This document shows, in pieces, positions 1 to 11,503 of a stretch of 64,000 bases of DNA (position 1 is the stretch's first letter; each line of letters begins with the position of its first letter). The DNA comes from Nitrospirota bacterium (GTDB taxonomy: Bacteria; Nitrospirota; UBA9217): the NCBI GenBank assembly GCA_963754875.1, contig CAVWHO010000016.1, forward strand, positions 352,001-416,000, given 5' to 3'. The notes under the pieces were generated by a model. It did not search any database, had not been told where the DNA came from, and saw only the letters and a program-made list of their open reading frames with translations. The position numbers and the translations under genes are program-made.

Positions 1-29
1 AATTTCCTCTCCCTTCGGAGGTGTAAATC

Positions 30-674
30 ATGTACGTTTCAAACTGGATGACTACAAAAGTGTTTACGGTCAATACCGAAGACTACCTTTCCGATGCTCT
101 TACGCTGATGAAGGAGAAATGCATCAAGCACGTTCCCGTTATGAAAAACGGCAAGCTGAAAGGCATCATCTCCGACCGCGACATCAAGGAGTACAGTCCT
201 TCAAAGGCCACCTCGCTGGACATCTACGAGCTCCACTACCTTTTGGCGAAAACGAAGATCAAGGACATCATGATCGAAAAAGTCATAACGACATCCCCTG
301 TCACGCCGGTGGAAGAGGCGGCAATGATCCTGCTTGACCAAAACATCGGCTGCCTGCCGGTGCTGGGCAAAGGTGAGCTCGTCGGCATCATCTCGGACCG
401 TGACATTTACCATGCGCTGGTGGATATCACCGGTGTGAGGCACGGCGGCCACCGGATCTGCGTCACCATCGAAGACAGGCCGGGATCGATCAAGGAAGTG
501 GCTGATATTATCAGGAAGAACGGTTTCCGTCTTCAGAGCATTCTCACTTCTTACGAAAATGTCAAGAAGGGATATCGCCAAGTGGTGATCCGCACAACCG
601 GAGATGGTGTGTACAGGGGTCTGAAGGAGGATCTGGAAACTGCGTACAGAAACGTACAAGTTGTGAAGGGGTGA
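30..674 (+). CDS. CBS-pair + ACT domain protein (AcuB-like)
   Basis: Two CBS repeats (GIISDRD twice), C-terminal ACT (EDRPGSIKEV); SD GGAGG upstream. Confidence 0.88.
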   Translation: MYVSNWMTTKVFTVNTEDYLSDALTLMKEKCIKHVPVMKNGKLKGIISDRDIKEYSPSKATSLDIYELHYLLAKTKIKDIMIEKVITTSPVTPVEEAAMILLDQNIGCLPVLGKGELVGIISDRDIYHALVDITGVRHGGHRICVTIEDRPGSIKEVADIIRKNGFRLQSILTSYENVKKGYRQVVIRTTGDGVYRGLKEDLETAYRNVQVVKG

Positions 675-749
675 AGGGGAGTTCTCATCCCGTCCGGCGG
701 TCCATGCCGGGCATAGCATTTTTCTGATGATTACTGCAGTACTTTTTTT

Positions 750-2492
750 TCATTTCACTTTTTTCATCTTCACGGCGCGCCGCGTCTTCAGCCGCCTCAT
801 GAGCTCTTCATACTCCAGCGCATTCAACACGTCTTTCTTCTCGACCCATCCCCTTCTTGCAAGCGAAACACCGTAGGTCATGAAATCGAATTGGCTCGTC
901 ACGTGCATGTCCGTACTGATGACGAGCTGGACCCCGAATTGCTTCGCCATCCTGATATGCTGGTCGTTCAAATCGAGCCGTAAAGGATAGGAATTGATCT
1001 CCATGGCCACGCCGCGCTGGGCAGCCTCCTTCAGCACTGCCTCCATATCCACGGCGTATGCGTCGCGCTCGCCGATGAGCCGGCCAGTAGGATGGGCGAT
1101 CACGCTCACGAGAGGGTTTCTGATCGCAGACAAGAGCCGTTTCGTGATTTGCTCCTGCGCTTGTTTAAATCCCGAGTGGATGGACGCAACGACGATATCT
1201 AGCCTGGCAAGGGCTTCATCAGGGAGGTCGAGCCTGCCGTCGGCACGGATATCGATCTCGGTACCTTTGAGTATCCTGAACCTTGAAAGCTTTTTGTTCG
1301 TTTCATCGATGAGCTTGGTCTCCTCAGCAAGTCGTTTTTCATCAAGTCCACGAGCTACGCCGAGCCCCTTGGTATGGTCGGTGATTGCAATGTATTCGTA
1401 ACCTTTCTTCTTTGCCGCCTCCACGATGGCGTCGAGATCGTGGCTTCCGTCGGACCAGTTCGAGTGAACATGGAGGTCGCCCTTGATGTCACTAAGCGTC
1501 ACAAGATCGGGGAGCTTTCCCTGTAGGGCCGCGTCGATCTCGCCCGTGTCCTCCCGGAGCTCAGGCGGAATATAAGCAAGCTTAAGCGCCTTGTAAACAT
1601 CCTCCTCATGCTTGCCGCCGATTTTTTTCTCACCCGGTTCTTTGAAAACACCGTACTCGTTGATCTTGAGCCCGGCACGCACCGCCATCTCCCGGAGTTT
1701 GATGTTGTGCTGCTTGCTGCCCGTGAAGTACTGAAGCGCTGCGCCGAAAGAATCTTCATCAACAACCCGAAGGTCCACCTGGATGCCGTCGTCGGTTATG
1801 ATGGAGGATTTCGTTGGCCCTTGCGCAAGAACTCGGCTCACGTGAGGGTTTTTCACAAAAATATCCATGACTTTTTCCGGCTCTTTCGAAGTCGTCAGGA
1901 TATCGATGTCTTTTACCGTCTCCCTCCAGCGTCTGATGCTGCCGGCGACCTCGATCTTATCCACGGGCGCGTGGTCCTTGATGCTTCGTATGATGTCCTC
2001 AGCCAGGGGCAATACCCTGCCGAGGGGCCGTCGCTCTGTTCCGCGCTTTACAAATCCGATTCCCTGAAGGATATTGTCCTCTGTTTTTTTCTGGATTCCC
2101 GGCATTCCCTTGAGCTTCCCTGATTTAATTGCCGCTTCAAGTTCGTCAACGTTCTTTATTTTGAGCTTGTCAAAAAATAATTTGACTTTTTTCGGCCCTA
2201 ATCCGGGAACACGAAGGAGGGCGAGAACACCGGCCGGGATTTCCTTCTTTAGTTCCTCGTGCTTCGCGACAGAGCCTTTCTCGAGATATTCATGGATTTT
2301 CCCGACCAGGTCTTTTCCGATCCCCGGGATCGCAATCAGTTCCTCATCCGAGAGCGTGGACACGTCCTTTGCCAGACCGTCGATGTTCTGCGCAGCCCTT
2401 TGGTATGCACGGATTCGAAAAACATTCTCGCCCTTGAGCTCCAGGAGTTCGGCGATTTCAGTGAATATTTTTGCTATTTGCTGGTTTTTCAT
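750..2492 (-). CDS. polX: DNA polymerase X / PHP-domain 3'-5' exonuclease
   Basis: AGSIRR..KDIDIL, YFTGSKQHN, PHP motifs DLHVHS, ITDH, HPTGR; start taken at MKNQQIAK. Confidence 0.95.
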   Translation of the reverse strand: MKNQQIAKIFTEIAELLELKGENVFRIRAYQRAAQNIDGLAKDVSTLSDEELIAIPGIGKDLVGKIHEYLEKGSVAKHEELKKEIPAGVLALLRVPGLGPKKVKLFFDKLKIKNVDELEAAIKSGKLKGMPGIQKKTEDNILQGIGFVKRGTERRPLGRVLPLAEDIIRSIKDHAPVDKIEVAGSIRRWRETVKDIDILTTSKEPEKVMDIFVKNPHVSRVLAQGPTKSSIITDDGIQVDLRVVDEDSFGAALQYFTGSKQHNIKLREMAVRAGLKINEYGVFKEPGEKKIGGKHEEDVYKALKLAYIPPELREDTGEIDAALQGKLPDLVTLSDIKGDLHVHSNWSDGSHDLDAIVEAAKKKGYEYIAITDHTKGLGVARGLDEKRLAEETKLIDETNKKLSRFRILKGTEIDIRADGRLDLPDEALARLDIVVASIHSGFKQAQEQITKRLLSAIRNPLVSVIAHPTGRLIGERDAYAVDMEAVLKEAAQRGVAMEINSYPLRLDLNDQHIRMAKQFGVQLVISTDMHVTSQFDFMTYGVSLARRGWVEKKDVLNALEYEELMRRLKTRRAVKMKKVK

Positions 2493-2577
2493 AGCAACTC
2501 CAAAAAAAGCTAAACTTTGCATGAACAACAATCAATGCTGATGATCTATTTTTATTGTAGCACCAGGGAAACAAGAA

Positions 2578-2599
2578 AGCCGGGGAACTCGCCCCGGCT
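2578..2599 (-). terminator. Probable intrinsic terminator of fbp
   Basis: Stem AGCCGGGG/CCCCGGCT followed by TTCTTGTTT on the minus strand. Confidence 0.6.
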
Positions 2600-2643
2600 C
2601 TTCATCCTTGCTCTGTATCCTCTGCTTGAAATTATCTGCGGCT

Positions 2644-3759
2644 TTACGCCGCTTTCTTCACGCTCCGCAGGGTGAACCGCTTTTCCAGTACCGCAAGCTT
2701 ATCCATAATGCCGGTGTACTCCAGCTCGTTCATCGGCAGCATGGCTGCGCCGAAGAAACCTTGTCTTCGCATGTCCATTGCCTTATCGGCAACATGGTCC
2801 CGCACGCGGTCCCAGAAAGGATGGTCGAAAGCATCGATCCCTTCAGTCAGCTTGCCCTCGCGCAAGCAGAACGCGGTGCAGCTCACGATAGGCGGTCCGT
2901 CGAAATAGCTGATCGGCGAATTCAGTTTCACCGGCATAAGCGGCATGGTGTGCGAGCCGCGCATGCAGCCTGCGACAAAGTGGCCGACGGCGAACGGTTG
3001 CAAGACCTCACCCGTGGCCGGGAAATCCATCTGGCTCCGGACGAGCATCACGGGGTCGTCCTTGCCCGTGTACTTGCCCGCGATATTGTGGAGCCGCGAC
3101 GTCGCAACCGACACCGCCTGCGTCCCTGCTGCCCGGGACCAGATCGATTCGACCACGTACCGTTCAGGATCGCGAAGGAGCGTTGCGATCTCGTACATCT
3201 CCTCAGGCGCGTTCAGTTCTATGACCCGGTCGCCCTCGGTATGGTTTACATCCATAATCACGAACCGGAAGCCTTTTCCCATCTTGGGAGAGAGCATCAG
3301 CCCTGGAGTGTTCATAGCATCGGCAAAAGCCATGTACAGCGGGAAGTTGTACGCTCCGGGATCGGTCTTGTCTGCTGCGAAAAACATGATAGGTTCCCCG
3401 GGTCGCTCCTCGAACTCCATCTCGGTGACCGCCGGCCCCATGCCGTGAACGTTTCCGGAGAAGGCGTCCTTCAGGAGGTCCTGCCCAGCGCCGTACAGAC
3501 CCTGCGATTTCGCCACAGCTGTTCCTGCCACGAATGCGTCCCAAGCCAGTTTATGCACCTGTTCGTTCCCCTCGCCTTTGGTATGGGTCATGAGGATCGC
3601 AATATCGTCGCCCGTATAGCTCACATAGTTGTCGATAAGAAAACCTTTGCCTTTTTCCTGCACATGCTTTTTCACGGTTTCAAGTAATTTCATCGACGGT
3701 GCAATATGACCGCCCACGGACCCGATATCGGCCTTTATGACGCTCACGGTTATCTTCAT
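2644..3759 (-). CDS. fbp: Bifunctional fructose-1,6-bisphosphate aldolase/phosphatase (class V FBPase)
   Basis: SVIKADIGSVGGH, GLYGAGQDLLKDAFSGNV, YTGKDDP, GCMRGSH, ELEYT. Confidence 0.96.
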   Translation of the reverse strand: MKITVSVIKADIGSVGGHIAPSMKLLETVKKHVQEKGKGFLIDNYVSYTGDDIAILMTHTKGEGNEQVHKLAWDAFVAGTAVAKSQGLYGAGQDLLKDAFSGNVHGMGPAVTEMEFEERPGEPIMFFAADKTDPGAYNFPLYMAFADAMNTPGLMLSPKMGKGFRFVIMDVNHTEGDRVIELNAPEEMYEIATLLRDPERYVVESIWSRAAGTQAVSVATSRLHNIAGKYTGKDDPVMLVRSQMDFPATGEVLQPFAVGHFVAGCMRGSHTMPLMPVKLNSPISYFDGPPIVSCTAFCLREGKLTEGIDAFDHPFWDRVRDHVADKAMDMRRQGFFGAAMLPMNELEYTGIMDKLAVLEKRFTLRSVKKAA

Positions 3760-3944
3760 GACAGCCTCCTTTTCCCGAGAGAGATGAAATGCATACTTCA
3801 ATCATAGCACAGCCGGATCCAGGGCTTGAGGCAGGAAATTGCAGATTGGTCAGTGAAAATGAGGCAGAATGAGGGATAGACCGGCAGAGGAACCGGTGCG
3901 GCAGCATGTGGGTAACCGTTGCCAAACGCCCAGCTTGGCATTTG

Positions 3945-4877
3945 CTACTGTGTCACTTCAGGATTGAACACGCCCTTGAAAAGGGCAATAATTTCCGGGG
4001 AGACCTCCAACAACCTCATCTTCTTGCTCTTCCAGTCCGTATCGCTCCACTGACCTGTCTTAATGTAGTCCTCAGAACTGCTTCCGCTGGCGAGTATTTC
4101 TTCCCCGATGTAGGCGAACTCCTCCACTCCCTTATCCGCCGACCGGTACCTTTCCCCATATTGCATATTCTTCCAGCTCTCATCCTGAGGCACATCGCTT
4201 AACCTTTGATAATTGTACAACTGATGCCATACAATATATTTCATTCTATTGATCGCGAGTGTATCAGGTCTTCCGTCTTTCGTCGCGCCGGCACGGACTA
4301 TGCCATTCGGAGACGGTATGCCATACCGCGGATCCAGATACCATCTCGCAACAGCTTCGTAACACGAACGGCTGTCAATTCCCTGATGCACCTGGAGTAC
4401 GTGCAAGAATTCATGTATCAACAAAGCCGTCTTGAAGCGATACACAAATACGGGGTCTTCCGGCCTCATTCCCCTCTGTTCATAAATCGCCTTGTACTGT
4501 GATTGGCCCACAGTATTGTCCCAGTCCGGACTAACTCCAATGTAGCCTTTTGCTTGATACGCCTTCGCGGTATTTGCCGAGGAATCCAGAATTATCGGCA
4601 CCGTTTTCAGAAAAGATCTCAGTGATGGGTCGAACACCTCATACACATTTTTTAATATACTGGCGTTGCTTTCTCGCGAGATTGACACTGCACCTCTATC
4701 GAGAAACCATCTGGGCAAAAACGAGAAGACGGGAGTCTCAACAATCCGCCGGCCAACGCCGTAAGAACCAAGCCCGGCGAAAACGTGATTCTTCATGTTT
4801 GCGAGTGTCACGCAACCAAGAAGTAACACCGCAACCAAGACTGCATTTCTCATACCGTGAGATTTAGTGGTACTCAT
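3945..4877 (-). CDS. Exported hypothetical protein with HExxH zinc-peptidase motif
   Basis: N-terminal hydrophobic segment, LIHEFLHVLQ, later EEFA; SD GGAAGG before ATG 4877. Confidence 0.55.
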   Translation of the reverse strand: MSTTKSHGMRNAVLVAVLLLGCVTLANMKNHVFAGLGSYGVGRRIVETPVFSFLPRWFLDRGAVSISRESNASILKNVYEVFDPSLRSFLKTVPIILDSSANTAKAYQAKGYIGVSPDWDNTVGQSQYKAIYEQRGMRPEDPVFVYRFKTALLIHEFLHVLQVHQGIDSRSCYEAVARWYLDPRYGIPSPNGIVRAGATKDGRPDTLAINRMKYIVWHQLYNYQRLSDVPQDESWKNMQYGERYRSADKGVEEFAYIGEEILASGSSSEDYIKTGQWSDTDWKSKKMRLLEVSPEIIALFKGVFNPEVTQ

Positions 4878-4929
4878 GTCTATCCTTCCGCCAATGACAA
4901 AGCGCAGTCGCGTAGGCCCCCAGATAATT

Positions 4930-5256
4930 TCATATTCCTTGAAGCAGCTTGTAGTACTCCTCAATCGTCCGAATGGATTCCATCGTGGACCGGTACAATA
5001 TCCAGCTGAGAACAAGGATTCCTATGGTGAGCCCGATCTTCCATGCACGCGACGTTTGCGGTCGCCACCAAATCAGGGGCAACGCCAGCGGCCCCACAGA
5101 GCAGACTGCGATGATAATAAAGGATTTCCGGAAATACCATGGTATTTTTTCTTCTGCAACTCGTGGGCGGGCGGAGGCATCCAGAAACTCACCACAGTGC
5201 TTGCACTTTATCGCTTCGTCTTGAATCTCTTCAGCGCAGAATGGACACTTTTTCAT
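4930..5256 (-). CDS. Zinc-ribbon membrane protein
   Basis: [23 protein letters not shown] followed by two TM segments. Confidence 0.8.
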   Translation of the reverse strand: MKKCPFCAEEIQDEAIKCKHCGEFLDASARPRVAEEKIPWYFRKSFIIIAVCSVGPLALPLIWWRPQTSRAWKIGLTIGILVLSWILYRSTMESIRTIEEYYKLLQGI

Positions 5257-5425
5257 TATCATCTCTCTTGGCAGAACGAAGTGATACCCAACATGTCCAA
5301 AGCAATGATACCAGGTCGTTCAAAATCGACGCCTCGGGTTTCCACCGCTCTACCCGACCTGCACAACTGATTGATACTTCGAGTCAGGTCCCTACCAATC
5401 TCCGTCTGAGCCGCAGCGAGCAGAC

Positions 5426-7161
5426 TCAGGGGGCTTGCGTCCGATCTGCGATCTTCCAGATGACCTCGAAATTGCAGATAATAATGTCCGGTTCTCCGCT
5501 TTGGTCGGTCACGATCTTTTCTTTGGAGTCGAGGGCAATAAGGAGGTCGTTCGCCTTCAGCAGCGATCCGTCATAGCCCGTCTCACGCAGCCGGGCGCAA
5601 GTCTTTTCTACAAATCTTCTGCATTGCGCTTCATCGATGATCTTTCTCCGGACCGCCTTAATCAGGTCCGTGGGCGTGAACAATTCATTCTCATGCTGCG
5701 AAACCCATTCATCGGGGCCGTTGTAGTAGCCGCGGATCGTAATGTAGTTGTGATCTGCGGCCAAAACGGGATTGCCGTCGCTGTCGACGATCTCCTGATG
5801 TGACTGATACTTTCGGGAATCGACCGACACTTCAACCTTCAAGCTGCCGGTCTCGTAGATCGCGCGTACATAGACCGCATGGATCCCCAGCTGATTGAGC
5901 GCCTCGGAAATAGCAAACTCTTCGAAGGGGCTGTTGATCCCGTAGTGCCTGATCTTCTCGATCTCTTCGGCATTATATTTTTTGTCCGCGGGGATCTCGC
6001 CCACGCGCGACGTCTCCCAGACGAGATGGATATTGTCCTTCGTGACCGTGTAATACACCTCGTTGGCATCGGAAAGGCTCAGACACGGCGTCTTCCGCCA
6101 GCGTTCGGGAAGGAAATAATCGAACAGCCGCGCCGTTCCTCCCCACGACCCACATGCGGCCGCCGGTGCTCTCGGCATGGCCGAAGGTGTAGGGCACGCC
6201 GAAGATCTCCGTGCGGGAGAGGTGCGAAGGAAGCGGCGCAGGTTCCAGTCGGTCCCGCATATCGTCAAGGTAGGAGTGCCGCCTCGACGCCTTGACCCGG
6301 TCTTCGTGCTCGGGCGTGCGGAAGAGCAGCTCGTAGTCGATGACCGAGTATTTGCCGGCGTTCAACAGATGGTAGACCGCGTCCACCTGCTTCTTTGCCG
6401 CGTCTGCCGCTTTGCCCGTACCAGCCTTCTCGATGACCTCGCAGTCCTCTTCGTCGAGGATGACGTGCTCGGGCTTCATGTCCGCCATGAGATACCCTTT
6501 TTTCGTCAAGTCGTCGAAGGCCTTCTTCTGCATGGTTTGCAGATGATAGACCAGGTCCGGCATTTCGACCGTGATGTGCTCGAAGATCTCCACGAGGTTC
6601 TTGCCGCGGATCCACTCGTAAATGAGCTTGTACTGTTTGAGGATGTCGAGGTCGATGCCGGGATGGCGCGCACGGATGCGGTTGATCCTGGCCCGGGACC
6701 TGCCGCTCTGCCACAGCTGCATCCGCTGCGGCGGGACATAGATCGCCAGAGGCCGCTGCACTCTGATCCATCCGATGCGCTGGCCGATCTGCCGGTCGCC
6801 CATCTCCATGACCAGGGCGAACTCTTCCCAGGGGCTGTTGAACTCGGCGCTGACGAACTCCTCGAGCGTGTGGGTATTGATCGGAACGTCTTCGCCCACG
6901 CGGCAGTTCTTGACCACGAGGTCCAGGCTGGTGTTGTCCACGGGCTTCGTGGGCACGCGGTACACGGAGCTGGTCCCCAGAAGCCGGACCCTTGTGCTGA
7001 TTGAACCAGTTTTCTTCGTACCAGTTATTGACAGCGAGATGTTCCTGATAGGATTCGGCGAACCGGGTGAGATAGAGGTCGCCGCCGTCCTCGGTTTTGG
7101 AGTGAAGGTATACGACGCCCAGCACGTTCACGAGGGCTTTATGTGGAGCGGTTCTTTGCAT
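5426..7161 (-). CDS. Hypothetical tandem protein-kinase-like protein (split by 2 frameshifts near 6990 and 6140)
   Basis: Three overlapping ORF pieces join into one ~580-aa protein; kinase-like motifs VVK, EEF, DMKPEH, IDYE; internal duplication. Confidence 0.65.
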
Positions 7162-7194
7162 GGTTTTTGAAGAGTCGAGTCATGGGAATGAGAA

Positions 7195-7272
7195 TCACCC
7201 CACCTGACCTCCCCTTGGTAAGGGGAGGAATTTTTTACTCCCCTCCTTGGCAAGGAGGGGATGGGGGCGGTT
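7195..7272. repeat. Double-hairpin palindromic repeat (CCCCTT-N-AAGGGG type)
   Basis: CCTCCCCTTggtAAGGGGAGG (7208-7228) and CCCCTCCTTggcAAGGAGGGG (7240-7260). Confidence 0.8.
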
Positions 7273-7301
7273 GGTTCGAAGTCTCGATTGACCAGCAACT
7301 T

Positions 7302-9089
7302 TTACTTCAGCCGTTTTCTGAATTCGTCGAGCTGTTTTGTAAGCCTCACGGGCAGCCGCTTCCCGAACAAAGCAAAGTGTTTCTCGATGTCGGGAATCTC
7401 GGCTTTCCAGGAAGCGATGTCCACGTTCATGAGTGCCTGCAGGTTCCCGGACGAGATCGTGAGGCCCGTCAGATCGAGATCCCCGTCCTTGGGCATGAGG
7501 CCGATCGGTGTCTCCTTGGCGCCGATCTTGTTGTCGACGCGGTCGCACATCCATTTAAGCACGCTGCTGTTGTCGCTGAAACCGGGCCATAGGAACTTGC
7601 CTTCGGCGCTCTTCCGGAACCAGTTGACGTAAAAGATCCGCGGGGCTTTCGCACCAAGGCGGTCGCCCATCGCAAGCCAGTGCTGGAAATAGTCGCCCAT
7701 GTGATAGCCGAGGAACGGCTTCATCGCAAAGGGGTCGCGCCTGAGGTTGCCCACTGCGCCGATGTTCGCGGAGGTGGTCTCCGAGGCTGCCGTGGCGCCC
7801 ATGAACACGCCGTGGTCCCAGGAATAGGCCTCGGTCACGAGCGGGACGACCGTGCTTCTCCTCCCGCCGAAGATGAAGATGTCGATGGGCACGCCCTCGG
7901 GGTCGTCCCAGCAATCGCAGATCACCGGGCATTGCGCTGCCGGCGCGGTAAAGCGCGCGTTCGCGTGGGCAGCGTCTTCGCGGCTTTCCGGGGGCCAGTC
8001 CCGGCCTTTCCAGTCGATCACGTGGGCCGGCGTTTCCTCGGTCATGCCCTCCCACCACACGTCGCCGTCGTCCGTGAGCGCGCAGTTCGTGAAAATGATG
8101 TTCTCCTTGAGCGTGTCCATGGCCATGGGATTGGTATTGTAGGACGTGCCGGGCGCAACGCCGAAGAAACCGGTTTCGGGGTTTAGCGCGTGGAGCCTGC
8201 CGTCGCTCTTGATCTTCATCCAGGCGATGTCGTCGCCGACGCACTCGCACTTCCACCCTTTGAGGGACGGCTGCATCATGGACAAGGTTCGTCTTGCCGC
8301 AGGCTGAGGGGAACGCCGCTGCGATGTTGTAGCGTTTTCCCACCGGGCTGGTCAGGCGAAGGATCAGCATGTGCTCCGCCAGCCATCCTTCGCGCCTCGC
8401 CATGTTCGAGGCGATCCTGAGGGCGAGGCACTTTTTCCCCAAAAGGGCGTTGCCGCCGTAGCCGGAGCCGTAGGACCAGATCAGGTTCTCCTCGGGGAAA
8501 TGGCTGATGTATTTCTGCTCGATCGGGGCACAGGGCCAAGAACTGTCCTTTTGTCCCTTTTCAAGCGGAGCGCCGATGGAATGGAGGCAGGGGATAAACT
8601 CTCCCTTTTCTCCGAGCACGTCCAGGACTTTCGTGCCGACACGGGTCATGATATGCATATTGCAGACGACATAAGGGCTGTCGGTCAGCTCGACGCCGAT
8701 CTTCGAAATCGGCGAGCCGATGGGCCCCATGGAGAAAGGGATCACGTACATCGTGCGGCCCTTCATACAGCCCTGGTACAAGCCCCGCATGGTTTTCTTG
8801 AGCTCGTCGGGTGCACCCAGTTGTTCGTGGGGCCAGCCTCTTCCCGGGAGGTCGTGCTGATGTACGTTCGGTCCTCAACGCGGGCAACGTCGCTGGGGTC
8901 GGTGCGGAAGAGAAAACTATTCGGTCTTTTCTTGAGAGGGATCGCCATGCCAAGGTCCTGCATGAGCTTCATCAGCCTGTCGTATTCTGCCTTTGATCCG
9001 TCGCACCAGACGACCGAGTCAGGCTTGCACAGTTCTACGACCTCGTGGACCCAGCTGTTCAGTTTTTCATTTTTCGATCCGCTTTTCAT
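7302..9089 (-). CDS. pckG: Phosphoenolpyruvate carboxykinase (GTP), frameshifted near 8810 and 8282
   Basis: [58 protein letters not shown] across three ORFs. Confidence 0.95.
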
Positions 9090-9811
9090 GGATAGTCACC
9101 TCGATTCCCGGCTGCCTGTTGCCTGACAGTCACCTCATACAATGGTTGCAGCGCTTGTTCAGTGTTTGAGAGTTATGGAAAGGTATTATGCACAATTGGT
9201 TGAAAAAAGTAAAGCGATGTTTGGCCTGCGGGGAGAGACTTTCGTCCCTGCTCAAGGCTGGGTAGCAGATCGAAGGAATCAGGAAACCACGGAATGAAAA
9301 GCCCGGCAGGAATAATATTATAGGGGGGAGACTCCCCGAAAAAGATGCGTCTGAGCACGGGAAGGAGCATCTTCACATTTCAACTAAAATAAGATCAAAA
9401 TAATATTCTGAAAGCACAGCTTCACTTATGATCATGCACTGCCAATATTAGTAAGGGCTTGCACACCGCATCGAGCGAGGCGATTGAAAATGTGTTATCT
9501 CTGCCTCAAAACCCGGGGTATTTCAAATCAATGAATGGCTGTTATATCCCATCGTGCTTAGGATGGCCGCCGATGGTCTTAATCGCAAGGCAGGTAGCGC
9601 ATATTTGCAGTCTGCAACGTGTTGCACTTTCGTGAATCCCATTTGTACAGTCTCATGTCGATGTGCTGGGATGTTACCTTAGTACACAGAAGAACATTCA
9701 GGCGCGAAAACGTGAGCTCTGAAAATATGCTATCATTAAAAAAGTTTCTTTATGATGGCGGGTATAAATATGTTGCAATGTATTTTAATTCACGCATAAA
9801 AGGAGACGAAT

Positions 9812-10135
9812 ATGGCAGCGTTAGAGGTCGTCAAGAGCATGAAGGAGTCCCTTAGCAGGCGTCCGACCATCGGCACAAAGCATGAGGTTGAGTTTTCATT
9901 TGCTGCTCCAAAAGCCAAGAAAGTCTGCATCGCGGGGGTTTTCAATGATTGGAATATGACATCGATGCCAATGAAAAAAAGCGCCGACGGTACCTGGAAA
10001 ATAAAGCTTAAGCTTTCACCGGGGAAGTACGAGTATAAGTATGTGGCGGACGGGATGTGGGTTCAGGACATGTCGTGCTCCGAGACAGTGCTGAATCCTT
10101 ACGGCACATGTAATAACGTCATTGGCATCGAGTAA
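9812..10135 (+). CDS. Glycogen-binding (CBM48/AMPK-beta-like, isoamylase early set) domain protein
   Basis: V.IAGVFNDW...W...L.PGKYEYKYVADGMW..D...NPYG; SD AAGGAG. Confidence 0.9.
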   Translation: MAALEVVKSMKESLSRRPTIGTKHEVEFSFAAPKAKKVCIAGVFNDWNMTSMPMKKSADGTWKIKLKLSPGKYEYKYVADGMWVQDMSCSETVLNPYGTCNNVIGIE

Positions 10136-10180
10136 AAAGCAGGGGGGAGTTAAATTCTTCGTGAGGAACGCGACAAGTTC

Positions 10181-10528
10181 ATGTTAATCAGCGACCACCA
10201 TTCCAAAACTCAATGGCCCTTTACAGACAAGCCCAGTACGGCGGTTTATACAGCTCGGGATATCATCGAGCTCTGGAACCCAATTTTGTTCGTTACCCAT
10301 GACCCAGACGATGGGTCATGGCATTTTTTCTCGGGTCCAACTGTTCCAGACACTGATGCTAGGATCGTTGCTCTTGATGAAATCATCTACGGTGATCCGA
10401 GCGTGATCGAGCTGGCTGATCTGCCGCGCGGATGGATTGCTGTTCGAGGGACCATTGAGACGCCTTGGCATCGTCATCCGATTGCAACGAAGAACTGTGC
10501 CGGCGATGATGCACTCATGAGAACCTAA
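10181..10528 (+). CDS. Hypothetical protein (DUF2185/Imm33-like)
   Basis: WPF..P.TAV...PILFVTHD..DGSWHF...DPSV.ELADLPRGW.A.R pattern. Confidence 0.6.
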   Translation: MLISDHHSKTQWPFTDKPSTAVYTARDIIELWNPILFVTHDPDDGSWHFFSGPTVPDTDARIVALDEIIYGDPSVIELADLPRGWIAVRGTIETPWHRHPIATKNCAGDDALMRT

Positions 10529-10746
10529 TTTGAAGAACCATTCTTTAGATCGCGGCATGTTACTTAATAGAATCAGAACGTTCTTTGCAAACTACCCACC
10601 TCGCGCACTAGCCCCATGCTTTACCCATAGATAACGCTAACAAATTCTAACTTTAGCTGTTTAGAAAAACGGAAATTCCAACATACAGGATGTAATTGCG
10701 CGTGTTTAAACTCGATTAAAATCTATCAACATTTATAATCGAGAAT

Positions 10747-11208
10747 CTATTTGTCATCCAGGGGAATATTTCGTCCCGGCGAATGAACGAGGGATCCGCC
10801 TACGTCTCTCTTAATGCCAGCGATCAGCATTGCGATGATCTGTTTCGGATCTTGGATCCGTTTAAAGTACCGCATCTGTTCAACCTGCTGCCGAATGTAT
10901 TCTTCTTGTTCACGGGTTAAGGAAATGAACTGGATGCCAGCCCGATAACGGACCTCGCTTTTTTTACACCACACCAAAGAGCCACACTTTTGTCCATAAA
11001 GGTTTTCCTTGAACCAGATGACGCCCGGTTCGATCGGCAGATCGGACTCGATGCCGATGCCGATCACACTGTAATCCACTATCTTGACGAGATGATCTGA
11101 CCACTCGAAATTATTTAAGGAGATGACCCCGAGAGAACACTCACGCTCAAGGGAGATGGAGCGCCGTTTCACGCCGTTTCTTTGATTATTATTGCTTTTT
11201 TCAGTCAT
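10747..11208 (-). CDS. PilZ-like domain protein
   Basis: KRRSIS, DYSVIGIGI (D-x-S-x-x-G), VWC...YRAGIQF. Confidence 0.6.
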   Translation of the reverse strand: MTEKSNNNQRNGVKRRSISLERECSLGVISLNNFEWSDHLVKIVDYSVIGIGIESDLPIEPGVIWFKENLYGQKCGSLVWCKKSEVRYRAGIQFISLTREQEEYIRQQVEQMRYFKRIQDPKQIIAMLIAGIKRDVGGSLVHSPGRNIPLDDK

Positions 11209-11503
11209 GATGCGCCTTCTGCCAGAAGAAAAAGGGGCTGATCTGTTAAAAATCGTCTGTAAACTAATCTAACAGCATAGAATGGGATAGGCAAGCCATA
11301 GAGATGCTTTAGCAAAAATTGTTTCAAACCAGACCATCGCGTCGGAATAAATCTGAAATTCTATGAGTTTTTAACACGTGCGCAAATGGCAACGACTGAA
11401 CCCAGCTCAGGGTATTTGCCGACACTCGCAAGCAGGTTCTTGGGCCAGCCGTGACGTCGGCTAAAAAACGTGCAATATGCATTGTTCGACTTTAAACGCT
11501 CGC

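Noticed and set aside
9120..9810. Short ORFs and a hairpin between pckG and the glycogen-binding gene
   Set aside because: No SD or motif support and no recognisable RNA family.
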